Source of the DNA: a virus
DNA length: 41,964 nt
IMG/VR virus record: IMGVR_UViG_3300045988_036397
Strand: one strand, 5' to 3'
A program made the position numbers and the translations under genes. Below are positions 33,808 to 41,012 of the stretch, piece by piece; within the stretch, counting starts at the first letter, position 1, and the number at the start of each line of letters is the position of its first letter. The notes beneath the pieces were generated by a model, which searched no databases, was not told where the DNA came from, and saw only the letters and a list, made by a program, of their open reading frames with translations.

Positions 33808-34498
33808 CTGCTATGCCTCCTTTCGCGATTTCCCTCAGCTTTTCCTGTGTAGTTTTCATCTGTTGCCGTTGTGCAGCGCCTTTCTGCTGGCTTCTGGCCT
33901 CTTTCTCGGCAAGATACGCCGCGCGGGTGGTAATGTTATTTTTCAGGCAGTCGCGCAAGATTGCCTGCGCATAGCCCCACGAACGCTTATTGTTGATAGC
34001 TGCCTGATTGATTGCCTCGCAAACAAGGTCAGGCTCTACCTGTTCCAGATAGCCCACAATGCTATCAAATGCGGCACGAGGAAGTGCGCCAATGTTCTGC
34101 TCGTAGCAATCTACGCATTGTTGCCAGCTTTCGCGCGCTTGCGCGGTAGTAGTAGTAATATTTTGTTCTTTGTTCTTTGTTCTTTGTTCTTTGTATTGGC
34201 TTGTTTGGCTAACGTTCGCTTGCGAACGCTTGCGTTCGCTAACGTTCGCTTGCGTTCGCTTTTTGGCGTTTTCGGAATTTGCCTTGCATTTCGCGTTGTA
34301 CTGGTCTTGAGCTGCCCTTATATTGCGGGTGATGAACCGATACGCAATCACTTCCTTGCCAGTGAGCGGCTCGGGCCGTTCTGCTCCTTCGCAATAAGCG
34401 CAAAGAGCATACATAAGCCGTCGAAACTCACCGTCCGAAAGGTCGGACGTATCTTCCATATACCCGGGATAAAAAGGGATATATTTCAATTCAGCCAT
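33752..34498 (-). CDS. DnaD-domain replisome organizer
   Basis: ORF trimmed to ATG 34498. The C-terminal half (NNKRSWGYAQAILRDCLKNNITT) is DnaD-like. The central linker is encoded by DNA repeats. Confidence 0.7.
   Translation of the reverse strand: MAELKYIPFYPGYMEDTSDLSDGEFRRLMYALCAYCEGAERPEPLTGKEVIAYRFITRNIRAAQDQYNAKCKANSENAKKRTQANVSERKRSQANVSQTSQYKEQRTKNKEQNITTTTAQARESWQQCVDCYEQNIGALPRAAFDSIVGYLEQVEPDLVCEAINQAAINNKRSWGYAQAILRDCLKNNITTRAAYLAEKEARSQQKGAAQRQQMKTTQEKLREIAKGGIADDVSADGGAPVAGYELLG
34163..34260. repeat. iteron-like repeats inside the organizer gene; candidate replication origin
   Basis: TTCTTTG occurs four times in tandem (34166-34193). GCTAACGTTCGCTTGCG occurs at 34208-34224 and 34238-34254, with related CGCTTGCG/AACG motifs between the copies. 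Confidence 0.5.
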
Positions 34499-34500
34499 AT

Positions 34501-35154
34501 TCAGTTGTCCTTCTCTTGATGGCAGTGCATATAAATGTACTCGGAATGCGCTGTCATGTTCTGGTATAGCCAATCGTCGGCTTTTTCTTTACTCAAATGC
34601 TCGTGCATCACGCGCTTTTCATACACAAACTCGCCGTTAATTTTCTTTTCGGCTATGCGGTCTTTAATGTCCGCTTCTGTGTAGTTGGCTTCGACGAGAT
34701 AGAGATTATAGCCTTTGGCTGTTATTCCGTTCAGATTGTTTGCGTCGGTTGCATAGAACAATCTTTCAACGGGAGGCTGCGGCAGCTCTATATGCCAGCA
34801 GCAATTTTGTACATCATGCTTTGTTTCCTGCGCCTTAATTCTGCACAGATTCTTGTAGTTGTACCAGCGTTCTGTTCGTATCACGTCAATCTGGCTCATT
34901 TTAACGCCAGCATTCACGAGGGCTGCACATAACCACACACAGCACGCAAAACGCAATGTGGGCCGCTCTCTGGCGAGCCTGCGAAGCGTGGAGGGGTTGA
35001 AGTGGTCGCCGTGACTGTGCGTAAGAAGCACGAGCTTCAAATTCTTGTAATCATCTGTCAACCGAGAAAATGGAACGCCGCAATCAATCAATATTGTGTT
35101 TTGAATGAGAACGGCGTTCCCTTGGCTTCCGGTTGAAATTATCTTGCAGTCCAT
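34501..35154 (-). CDS. MBL-fold metallo-hydrolase
   Basis: 217 aa with the motif LLTHSHGDHF (HxHxDH). Confidence 0.8.
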   Translation of the reverse strand: MDCKIISTGSQGNAVLIQNTILIDCGVPFSRLTDDYKNLKLVLLTHSHGDHFNPSTLRRLARERPTLRFACCVWLCAALVNAGVKMSQIDVIRTERWYNYKNLCRIKAQETKHDVQNCCWHIELPQPPVERLFYATDANNLNGITAKGYNLYLVEANYTEADIKDRIAEKKINGEFVYEKRVMHEHLSKEKADDWLYQNMTAHSEYIYMHCHQEKDN

Positions 35155-35155
35155 C

Positions 35156-36088
35156 TCACAGGCTGCTCAAGTCGATTTTCTTCGGCTCGGCGGCTGCGGT
35201 CTGGGCTTCAACGGCCTGTTCGGCTTGCGGCTGTTCAATCTGCGGTACAGGCTGTGCGGCAGCTTCAAGGCGTACATCCTTTGCGGAGGCCACCCGCTCT
35301 GCGATAAACTGGCCGTCGTTGTCATGCGTGATGGTGTCATCATGCTCAAGTGCCGTTTGCATATCAACGCTCATAACGCCCCAGCGGGAAATGAGCTGCC
35401 GCAGCATCGTCTTGCGGGCCATGTCATCAAAGTTCTTGTACCAGAACGAGGAATACTTCCACATTTCGCTCTGCGGAACTTTCCCGGAAAGCAAATCCTC
35501 ATAGCCTTTGCGGCTGAATGCCGGGCTGTAGGTGTCTGCATGGGTCATCATCTTTTCTTTGCTCCAATACAGCACCTTGCGGAATCCGTTCAGGTACTCA
35601 AAGAATGCCATGTAACCGACTGTCGGCAGGGCATCGCGCACATCATCGTCCTCGATGAATTTGAAACGGGCTTTTCCGGTTTCGGGGTCCTTTCCCATGT
35701 ACTCGCCCTGCTTGATAACCATAACATCAAGGTCTTTGTACTGGCCGCTGCGCAATGCAAGCTGGATATAGCCTTTATAGCCAAGCACAAACTGTGCTGT
35801 AACGGTCTGCTGGCGCTTGTTATTGAATGGCACGAGGTAATATTGCCCAAGCTGGGGAGAGGGGGAAAGCTTCAGGCTTTCCCCAAGCAGTGCGCCTGCA
35901 AGAATCGTTCCGGCATCGCACTCCTGTAAAGCGGGGTTCACAGCAACCGCGCTTGTGATGCTGGCGGTAAAGCTGCGTGCGCGGTCTGGGTCTCGCAGCG
36001 TGTTGTTGATTAAGTTTTGGTAGCTCTGCGTAGTGATCATTACGCTGAACTTCGGCTTCTGTGCCAACTGCTGATTAGATGTCGTCAT
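35156..36088 (-). CDS. recT: RecT-family single-strand annealing recombinase
   Basis: 310 aa. The block LSPSPQLGQYYLVPFNNK...FVLGYKGYIQLALRSGQYK is a typical RecT core. Confidence 0.85.
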   Translation of the reverse strand: MTTSNQQLAQKPKFSVMITTQSYQNLINNTLRDPDRARSFTASITSAVAVNPALQECDAGTILAGALLGESLKLSPSPQLGQYYLVPFNNKRQQTVTAQFVLGYKGYIQLALRSGQYKDLDVMVIKQGEYMGKDPETGKARFKFIEDDDVRDALPTVGYMAFFEYLNGFRKVLYWSKEKMMTHADTYSPAFSRKGYEDLLSGKVPQSEMWKYSSFWYKNFDDMARKTMLRQLISRWGVMSVDMQTALEHDDTITHDNDGQFIAERVASAKDVRLEAAAQPVPQIEQPQAEQAVEAQTAAAEPKKIDLSSL

Positions 36089-36965
36089 AGCTCATACCCT
36101 CCTGCATGATGAACTGTTTCAGCTTCTTCAACTGTTCGATGGTGCCGCGAACGGCAAACTTTACTTCATAGACAGTAGGCTGTGTTTCCTCCGGCTCCTG
36201 CACGGCTACTGGCTGTTCTTCCTCAGGTGCAGATACCTCTTCAACAGGCGGCGCGGCGTCCTGCTGCGCTTCTTCGATGGCCTGCTGTACATTTTCTTCT
36301 GCTGCATGCTGCTGTTCCAGTGCAGCGCGGCGCTCGGCGACACGCTGCTTTTGAAGTTCGATCATGGCGTGTCTGGCGCGAACTGTACTCAACGCCAGCG
36401 CAACATTCAGCGATTTTTTGTACTCGACCAGCAGTTCGGCGGCATCTTCATGGCGGGAAAGCTCCTGCACCTCTTCGGCGATTTTAAGAACCGTCGATGT
36501 CAGCGCGGTCTTTGTGCCGTTGACGCTGGTCGAAAGGCCTATTTTCAAATTCATCTGCTCAAAGCGCAGCCACGGCAGGTTGTTCGCCTTGCAAAGCTCT
36601 GCGAAGTAGCTTTGAATTTTCTTTACCTTTTCGGCTTTCAAGCCAGTCTCGACATCGTCAACGCGGCGCTTAAGCTCGGCATCTGCCTTCTTGTACGGGT
36701 CGGAGATGCAGTCCTTATAAACCGCTTCAAACTGGTTGTACGGTTCCATGATGGCTTCTTTGACCCGTTTGCGCTGTTCTTCCATCGCTGCAAACTCTTT
36801 GCCAAGTTCCGCGCGGATTTTCTTCACGTCGCTGCGCGTTTCTTCCGTGCAAACAAGCTGCATCGCGTTCTTCGTGCGGGTCTCTACATCGGCTTTCACC
36901 AGCTGAAGATGCTCCTCAATAATGGGGAGCTGCTTCAACGTGATTACCTGTAATTTCGTTCCCAT
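36075..36965 (-). CDS. DUF1351-like protein (RecT-associated)
   Basis: 296 aa, helical, immediately upstream of recT. The N-terminus reads LKQLPIIEEHLQLVKADVE. Confidence 0.55.
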   Translation of the reverse strand: MGTKLQVITLKQLPIIEEHLQLVKADVETRTKNAMQLVCTEETRSDVKKIRAELGKEFAAMEEQRKRVKEAIMEPYNQFEAVYKDCISDPYKKADAELKRRVDDVETGLKAEKVKKIQSYFAELCKANNLPWLRFEQMNLKIGLSTSVNGTKTALTSTVLKIAEEVQELSRHEDAAELLVEYKKSLNVALALSTVRARHAMIELQKQRVAERRAALEQQHAAEENVQQAIEEAQQDAAPPVEEVSAPEEEQPVAVQEPEETQPTVYEVKFAVRGTIEQLKKLKQFIMQEGMSYDDI

Positions 36966-36968
36966 TTG

Positions 36969-37169
36969 TCAAACCTCCATGTATTCGAATCTGCGCATGC
37001 TCTGGCTCATCCTTGTTTCAGCGGAAAGCGTAAGGTCTCGCATCTGCTGATATTTGATGAAGTCTGGCGTAGAGCGGTCATGTATAATCTGTTGTATGGC
37101 CTGAAAGTGTTTCTGGTATTTATCTGGGGTGTTGTCCTCAAATGCGGTTCTCATTCTCTCGCAAGTCAT
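36969..37169 (-). CDS. hypothetical protein
   Basis: 66-aa ORF with an SD. Confidence 0.55.
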   Translation of the reverse strand: MTCERMRTAFEDNTPDKYQKHFQAIQQIIHDRSTPDFIKYQQMRDLTLSAETRMSQSMRRFEYMEV

Positions 37170-37171
37170 CT

Positions 37172-37375
37172 TTATCCCTCTGCTGCAACCGCAATCGGGA
37201 TGCCGAGCGCGGTCAAAACTGTTTTAACATCCAAATCATCGAAACGGTAAATCGAGCCGTCGAGGTATACAATCTCGTCGCCCTCGTAGTACGGTACGCC
37301 GTCAGCGTCCGTTCCAATCGGTTCATCATCATAGGGCGGAAAGGGGTTGTCTTGATGGCCCCAAAAGCTAGTCAT
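37172..37375 (-). CDS. hypothetical acidic protein
   Basis: 67-aa ORF with SD AGGAGG and an ATGA overlap. Confidence 0.55.
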   Translation of the reverse strand: MTSFWGHQDNPFPPYDDEPIGTDADGVPYYEGDEIVYLDGSIYRFDDLDVKTVLTALGIPIAVAAEG

Positions 37376-37998
37376 TTGTCGGCCTCCTGATTTTCTTCCT
37401 CATCAGAAAAATGCAGCTCCATCAAGTCGGCAATCGCAATGTACTCTTTGGCGTATTTGCTGTCGCCGTGAGTTTTCTTGACGATCTCACGGAACTTCGC
37501 CAAATCACCATAAAAGCAACCACACTGTACGCGGAGAATTTTATCCTTGCATCGGAAAAATGTGGTCGCGCGGAAACATCGACCAAAGCCTGTAACGACG
37601 GAAAAGTCTGCATCGCCGGAGACCTGCGCATTGCCGGAGACCCGCGCATTGTCGGAAACCTGCGCATTGCCGGAGACCAGCGCATCGCCGGAGACCCAGG
37701 CATTGCCGGAGACCAGCGCATTGCCGGAGACCCAGGCATTGCCGGAGACCCAGGCATTGTCGGAAACCTGCGCATTGCCGGAGACCAGCGCATCGCCGGA
37801 GACCCGCGCATCGCCGGAGACCCGCGCATTGCCGGAGACCCAGGCATTGCCATTGTTGGAGAGGTTTTCTTCTTTTTCAACAAAACCTCCCAGTTCGCCA
37901 GCGCTTACGTCGCCAAAAGAGACGAGAGCCTTAATACGGAACAGCTTCTTCCCGAAAACGTTCGTTACAAATTCGGAAATAAGTTCAAATTTCTTCAT
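37372..37998 (-). CDS. hexapeptide-repeat (beta-helix-like) protein
   Basis: 208 aa containing 13 consecutive (N/D)AxVS(G/D) hexapeptides, flanked by unique N- and C-terminal domains. Confidence 0.7.
   Translation of the reverse strand: MKKFELISEFVTNVFGKKLFRIKALVSFGDVSAGELGGFVEKEENLSNNGNAWVSGNARVSGDARVSGDALVSGNAQVSDNAWVSGNAWVSGNALVSGNAWVSGDALVSGNAQVSDNARVSGNAQVSGDADFSVVTGFGRCFRATTFFRCKDKILRVQCGCFYGDLAKFREIVKKTHGDSKYAKEYIAIADLMELHFSDEEENQEADK
37615..37848 (-). repeat. 13 tandem 18-nt coding repeats
   Basis: The units are NAWVSG, NARVSG, DARVSG, DALVSG, NAQVSD and so on. The block DALVSG-NAQVSD-NA(W/R)VSG recurs six units apart, which indicates a higher-order duplication. Confidence 0.9.
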
Positions 37999-38239
37999 GG
38001 CGGGATGCCTCCTTAAAATACAGTCCGCACAGCAGATTCAGCGCCAGCAGGGCGGCGATGGTGGTGGGGATGTTGAGAGAACCGAGCGCAGCCAGCAGCA
38101 GCACCAAATCTGCGGTGATTGCCAGCTTGACGGCGGCACGGGGAAGTGATAGAATACAGTTAGAGCTTTTTGCGATGCTCTGTTTTTTTGCCGTTTCGGT
38201 GGTGGTGCACCGGGGCGGCGTTTTTGTTTTGGTCATCAT
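37985..38239 (-). CDS. small membrane protein
   Basis: ORF trimmed to ATG 38239 (ATGA overlap). Two hydrophobic helices lie in the C-terminal half. Confidence 0.55.
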   Translation of the reverse strand: MMTKTKTPPRCTTTETAKKQSIAKSSNCILSLPRAAVKLAITADLVLLLAALGSLNIPTTIAALLALNLLCGLYFKEASRHEEI

Positions 38240-38841
38240 TCTTTGATTTCCTCCCATTCAAAGCGGCCCTTGCCGCTGTTTCTCCACTGCCCAAGACCGC
38301 GCTTTGCGCCGTAGTCGAGGCACTCACGAACCATGTCTTCAAGCTTAGGGTCGAGACATTCGATTTCAAATTCTGCTGTTGCACCTGCGGGAACGCTCTC
38401 CGACTTTGCGATGCTGACGCGTTCGCCCATCGGAGTTTGCGCCCGCAGGGGGCGCTCGCAAAAATCAACCTTCATGCCGTGCAGGTCGTAGGGAATCTCG
38501 CGCGGGGTTACGAAGATGAGTCCATCAATAGCCTGCTTGTACGCCTTGATGGATGCGCAAGCCTTGCCGCCTGCATAGCCAGCCTTGCCAGATTTGGCAA
38601 GCATTTTGCAGCTGTCCTTGAACATGCCTTTTACCTGATAGTCGTACAGGAACGGTGTGCCGTCAGCGGTTTTGGGGAATACCGTAATGCGGTCTTCGGC
38701 GTTCTGGGCCTTGATATTGTCCACTTCTTCGGTGGTGAGGTCGCTGGTAGGTGCCTTACTGGCAATGTAAGTTGCGAGAAGTTCTTCATTACTTGGGGAA
38801 GAACCGAGAACTTCTTCCAAAAGGGTGATTTTTACTTTCAT
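38236..38841 (-). CDS. conserved-looking early protein of unknown function
   Basis: ORF trimmed to ATG 38841 with SD AAGGAGA. The product MKVKITLLEEVLGSSP...YQVKGMFKDS...ERPLRAQTPMGERV...GLGQWRNSGKGRFEW is not assignable to a family. Confidence 0.7.
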   Translation of the reverse strand: MKVKITLLEEVLGSSPSNEELLATYIASKAPTSDLTTEEVDNIKAQNAEDRITVFPKTADGTPFLYDYQVKGMFKDSCKMLAKSGKAGYAGGKACASIKAYKQAIDGLIFVTPREIPYDLHGMKVDFCERPLRAQTPMGERVSIAKSESVPAGATAEFEIECLDPKLEDMVRECLDYGAKRGLGQWRNSGKGRFEWEEIKE

Positions 38842-38884
38842 GGTGGTTGTCTCCTTTTTAAATAAAATCGGTTGCTTTTCGGCG

Positions 38885-39200
38885 CCTTTGCGTCGCAATG
38901 CAATGCTATGCCTATGCCAAGCAACGTCGTGCCATTCCATGCCGTCGCGTCGCAATGCAATGCCTTCGCGTCGAATTGCAGCACCCTGCCTCTGCCTTGC
39001 GCAGCTATTCCGAGCTATGCCTTTGCTGTGCTATGTACTTCCATTGCAATGCATAGCAATTCCTTATCATTGCCTTGCACATCTATGCCGATGCGACGGT
39101 TTGCGTAACGCCGCGCCGCGGGGAGGCGCATAGCCTCTGCGAAACGACGCGCAGCTGCGCTTGGCCCCTGCTTATCGTTGCCATGCCGCTGCCACGCAAC
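38885..39200. repeat. degenerate repeat array in a 375-bp non-coding spacer
   Basis: GCGTCGCAATGCAATGC occurs at 38890-38906 and 38948-38964. At least seven dispersed (C/T)(T/C/A)ATGCC motifs are present (GGCAT on the minus strand), along with many CATTGC/TTGCC words. Confidence 0.7.
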
Positions 39201-39217
39201 GCCGAGCAAATCCATAG

Positions 39218-39505
39218 CTAAACAAGGATTGCACGGAGTTCTGCAAGCACGTTGTCGATGTGCTCTTCACGGGTAGGCATAGCGGCAGAAGATTTGCGCA
39301 CATCCGCCACCGGGTAATACGTTGCAAATTCGTCAAGCGTGATGCCCAGTGCGGCGCATGCTTTTCCAACCTCTGGCCAGCGCCAATCATTGGCGCCGTT
39401 AATGCGGTTTGACATCTGCGTTTTAGACAAGCCGCAGACATCTGCAAGGCGTTGTTTGTTGTAGCCCTTGCTTTTGATAAGAGCCGTAAAAGCAAGGTTT
39501 GTCAT
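39218..39505 (-). CDS. HTH DNA-binding protein (early regulator)
   Basis: 95 aa with SD AAAGGAG. The HTH-like segment is KQRLADVCGLSKTQMSNRING. Confidence 0.6.
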   Translation of the reverse strand: MTNLAFTALIKSKGYNKQRLADVCGLSKTQMSNRINGANDWRWPEVGKACAALGITLDEFATYYPVADVRKSSAAMPTREEHIDNVLAELRAILV

Positions 39506-39535
39506 GGTGGTTACTCCTTTCTTTCTGCGATCAGT

Positions 39536-39739
39536 TCACTTACAGACGCTTCCACTGTCGTGGTTCGCCTGTTCCAGCAGCCACTTATCCAGCGCGGCAC
39601 GGGGAACGATGAAGCGGCGCTCGGAGATCTGGATTGACGGGAAGTCTTTTTGCTTTATCAATTCATAGGCGCGAGGTTTGCAAATCCCTAAAGCCTTTGC
39701 AAGCTCCTGGACGTCAAGAGTAAGTTTCTCGTTTGACAT
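39536..39739 (-). CDS. excisionase-family (MerR/AlpA-type) HTH protein
   Basis: 67 aa. The segment LDVQELAKALGICKPRAYELIKQKDFPSIQISERRFIVPRAALDKWL fits the excisionase-family DNA-binding domain. Confidence 0.65.
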   Translation of the reverse strand: MSNEKLTLDVQELAKALGICKPRAYELIKQKDFPSIQISERRFIVPRAALDKWLLEQANHDSGSVCK

Positions 39740-39756
39740 AAAATTCCTTTCTCGGC

Positions 39757-39957
39757 TTATTTGCCGCTTTCAAGTAGGTCTGCCACGTCCACGCCCAGAG
39801 CGCGGGCAACGTACCGAGCGCTGTTGTCGTTGACACTTTTTCCGCACCTCATAGCTGAAACCGTCATGCGAGATACGCAAGCCTTTTCTGAAAGGGCTTT
39901 TACAGTCAAGTCTTGCCGCGCCATTTCGGCAATTAGTTTGATTCGGTCAATTCGCAT
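39757..39957 (-). CDS. XRE-family HTH protein
   Basis: 66 aa, with LTVKALSEKACVSRMTVSAMRCGKS. Confidence 0.7.
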   Translation of the reverse strand: MRIDRIKLIAEMARQDLTVKALSEKACVSRMTVSAMRCGKSVNDNSARYVARALGVDVADLLESGK

Positions 39958-39964
39958 ATTTTAT

Positions 39965-40141
39965 TCACCTCTTCCAAGAATCGATGATTTCATCAGCCAA
40001 CTTGTTTACTCCGCGGTTCATCATGAACTTTGCAAAAGTAATGACAATGCGGGCGGTCAGGCAGACCCAGAACAGAACCCAGTAGGTAGTACCCATATTG
40101 AGCTGCTGACCAATCATATAAAGAAAAATGTAGATAAGCAT
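39965..40141 (-). CDS. small membrane protein (58 aa), not in the ORF track
   Basis: Manual translation gives MLIYIFLYMIGQQLNMGTTYWVLFWVCLTARIVITFAKFMMNRGVNKLADEIIDSWKR. SD is AAAGGAA. Two hydrophobic helices are present. Confidence 0.45.
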   Translation of the reverse strand: MLIYIFLYMIGQQLNMGTTYWVLFWVCLTARIVITFAKFMMNRGVNKLADEIIDSWKR

Positions 40142-40158
40142 CGGTTATTCCTTTCTTT

Positions 40159-40353
40159 CTAGTTATCGGCTAGCAAGTAATCAATCGGCACGCCGAAATA
40201 GTCAGCCACTTTCTTTAGCGTCGTGATGCTGGGGCCGTAAGGCGATTTCTCCCACTTGCCAAGTGCGCCGTTTGAGATTCCGGCGCGTTCCTCAAGGATT
40301 GTGCGTGAAATATTGTTTTTTCGGCACAGCGCATCAATTTTCGAAATATTCAC
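40159..40353 (-). CDS. Cro-like XRE-family HTH protein, first gene of the early operon
   Basis: 64 aa from GTG 40353 with AAAGGAG 10 nt upstream. The segment ISRTILEERAGISNGALGKWEK is HTH-like. The gene is divergent from the cI-like gene. Confidence 0.75.
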   Translation of the reverse strand: MNISKIDALCRKNNISRTILEERAGISNGALGKWEKSPYGPSITTLKKVADYFGVPIDYLLADN

Positions 40354-40374
40354 CTAGCAAAAGCTCCTTTCTAG

Positions 40375-40403
40375 TTGACTATTGCTAGAAAATATGCTAC
40401 TAT
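40375..40403 (+). promoter_or_regulatory. rightward sigma-70-like promoter, towards the cI-like gene
   Basis: TTGACT (40375-40380), a 17-nt spacer containing TGCTAG, then TACTAT (40398-40403). Confidence 0.55.
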
Positions 40404-40489
40404 GAACTTGCGAGATTTATAACAGCATATTTTTAGCTAGTCCGCTGAATTTTAGGGGGCTTGGTTCTTTGTTGCCCTCTATGCTATCT

Positions 40490-40518
40490 ATTATACTAGC
40501 ATTTATGCTAGATGTAAA
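40490..40518 (-). promoter_or_regulatory. leftward near-consensus promoter, towards the cro-like gene
   Basis: The minus strand reads TTTACA (40518-40513), a 17-nt spacer, then TATAAT (40495-40490). Confidence 0.6.
40496..40511. promoter_or_regulatory. palindromic operator candidate CTAGCA-N4-TGCTAG
   Basis: This perfect 6-4-6 inverted repeat fills the spacer of the leftward promoter. Related half-sites lie at 40354-40359, 40383-40388, 40526-40531 and 40536-40541. Confidence 0.6.
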
Positions 40519-40568
40519 TAGTTTTCTAGCATTTTCTAGCGAATTGGCAATATGCACAAAGAAACGGT

Positions 40569-40934
40569 GTGATTTGTGTGCGATACGTTGAAAAAGCCAA
40601 GGAAATAGCAAAGAAAAAAGGAATTGCCTTCACGCATATTAGTACAGAGCTTGGAAAAAGTCGTGGCTATTTGTCTGAAATGCTAGCAAACGGGCGCGAT
40701 TTGCCAGAGCATATGCTAGCCGATGTTGCCAGTTTGCTAGGAGTCACCGTTGACGACTTGCGCGGGGATACCGAAAACGAAAAAAAGCCCACCGCACAAG
40801 GCGATGGGCTAATATCTGGTTTGCCGCAAGATGTACAAAAAATTATTTTTCTTTGCCAAGAGAACCCTCAGCTTGCAAGCGCTCTATTAAATCTTGCGCA
40901 GCAGTTACAAAATCGGTCATCTGGTCAGGCGTAA
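40569..40934 (+). CDS. cI-like XRE-family repressor
   Basis: 121-aa ORF. The start is uncertain (GTG 40569 or GTG 40578, both with a weak SD). The HTH segment is FTHISTELGKSRGYLSEMLANG. The gene is divergent from the cro-like gene. Confidence 0.7.
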   Translation: MICVRYVEKAKEIAKKKGIAFTHISTELGKSRGYLSEMLANGRDLPEHMLADVASLLGVTVDDLRGDTENEKKPTAQGDGLISGLPQDVQKIIFLCQENPQLASALLNLAQQLQNRSSGQA

Positions 40935-41012
40935 AGGTTGAAACGATTTCAATAAGCTTTTCTGTGTCCGTCATTGCTGATTCCTCCCAAAAAATGTAAA
41001 GGTGGTTCTATT

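Noticed and set aside
35105-36953. Long plus-strand ORFs 35105-35929 and 36306-36953.
   Set aside because: They lie antisense to the RecT and DUF1351-like genes. They have no SDs and are Leu/Ala/Arg-rich mirror frames.
37615-37848. A tandem repeat array that might be a CRISPR array.
   Set aside because: The units are 18 nt with no spacers, are in frame, and encode hexapeptide repeats within a complete ORF.
40843-40974. 43-aa minus-strand ORF with a strong SD (GGGAGGAA), antisense to the 3' end of the cI-like gene.
   Set aside because: It is flanked on both sides by plus-strand genes and has no evident promoter. Its helical-looking translation is expected for the antisense of an amphipathic-helix coding region. 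This cannot be decided from sequence alone.
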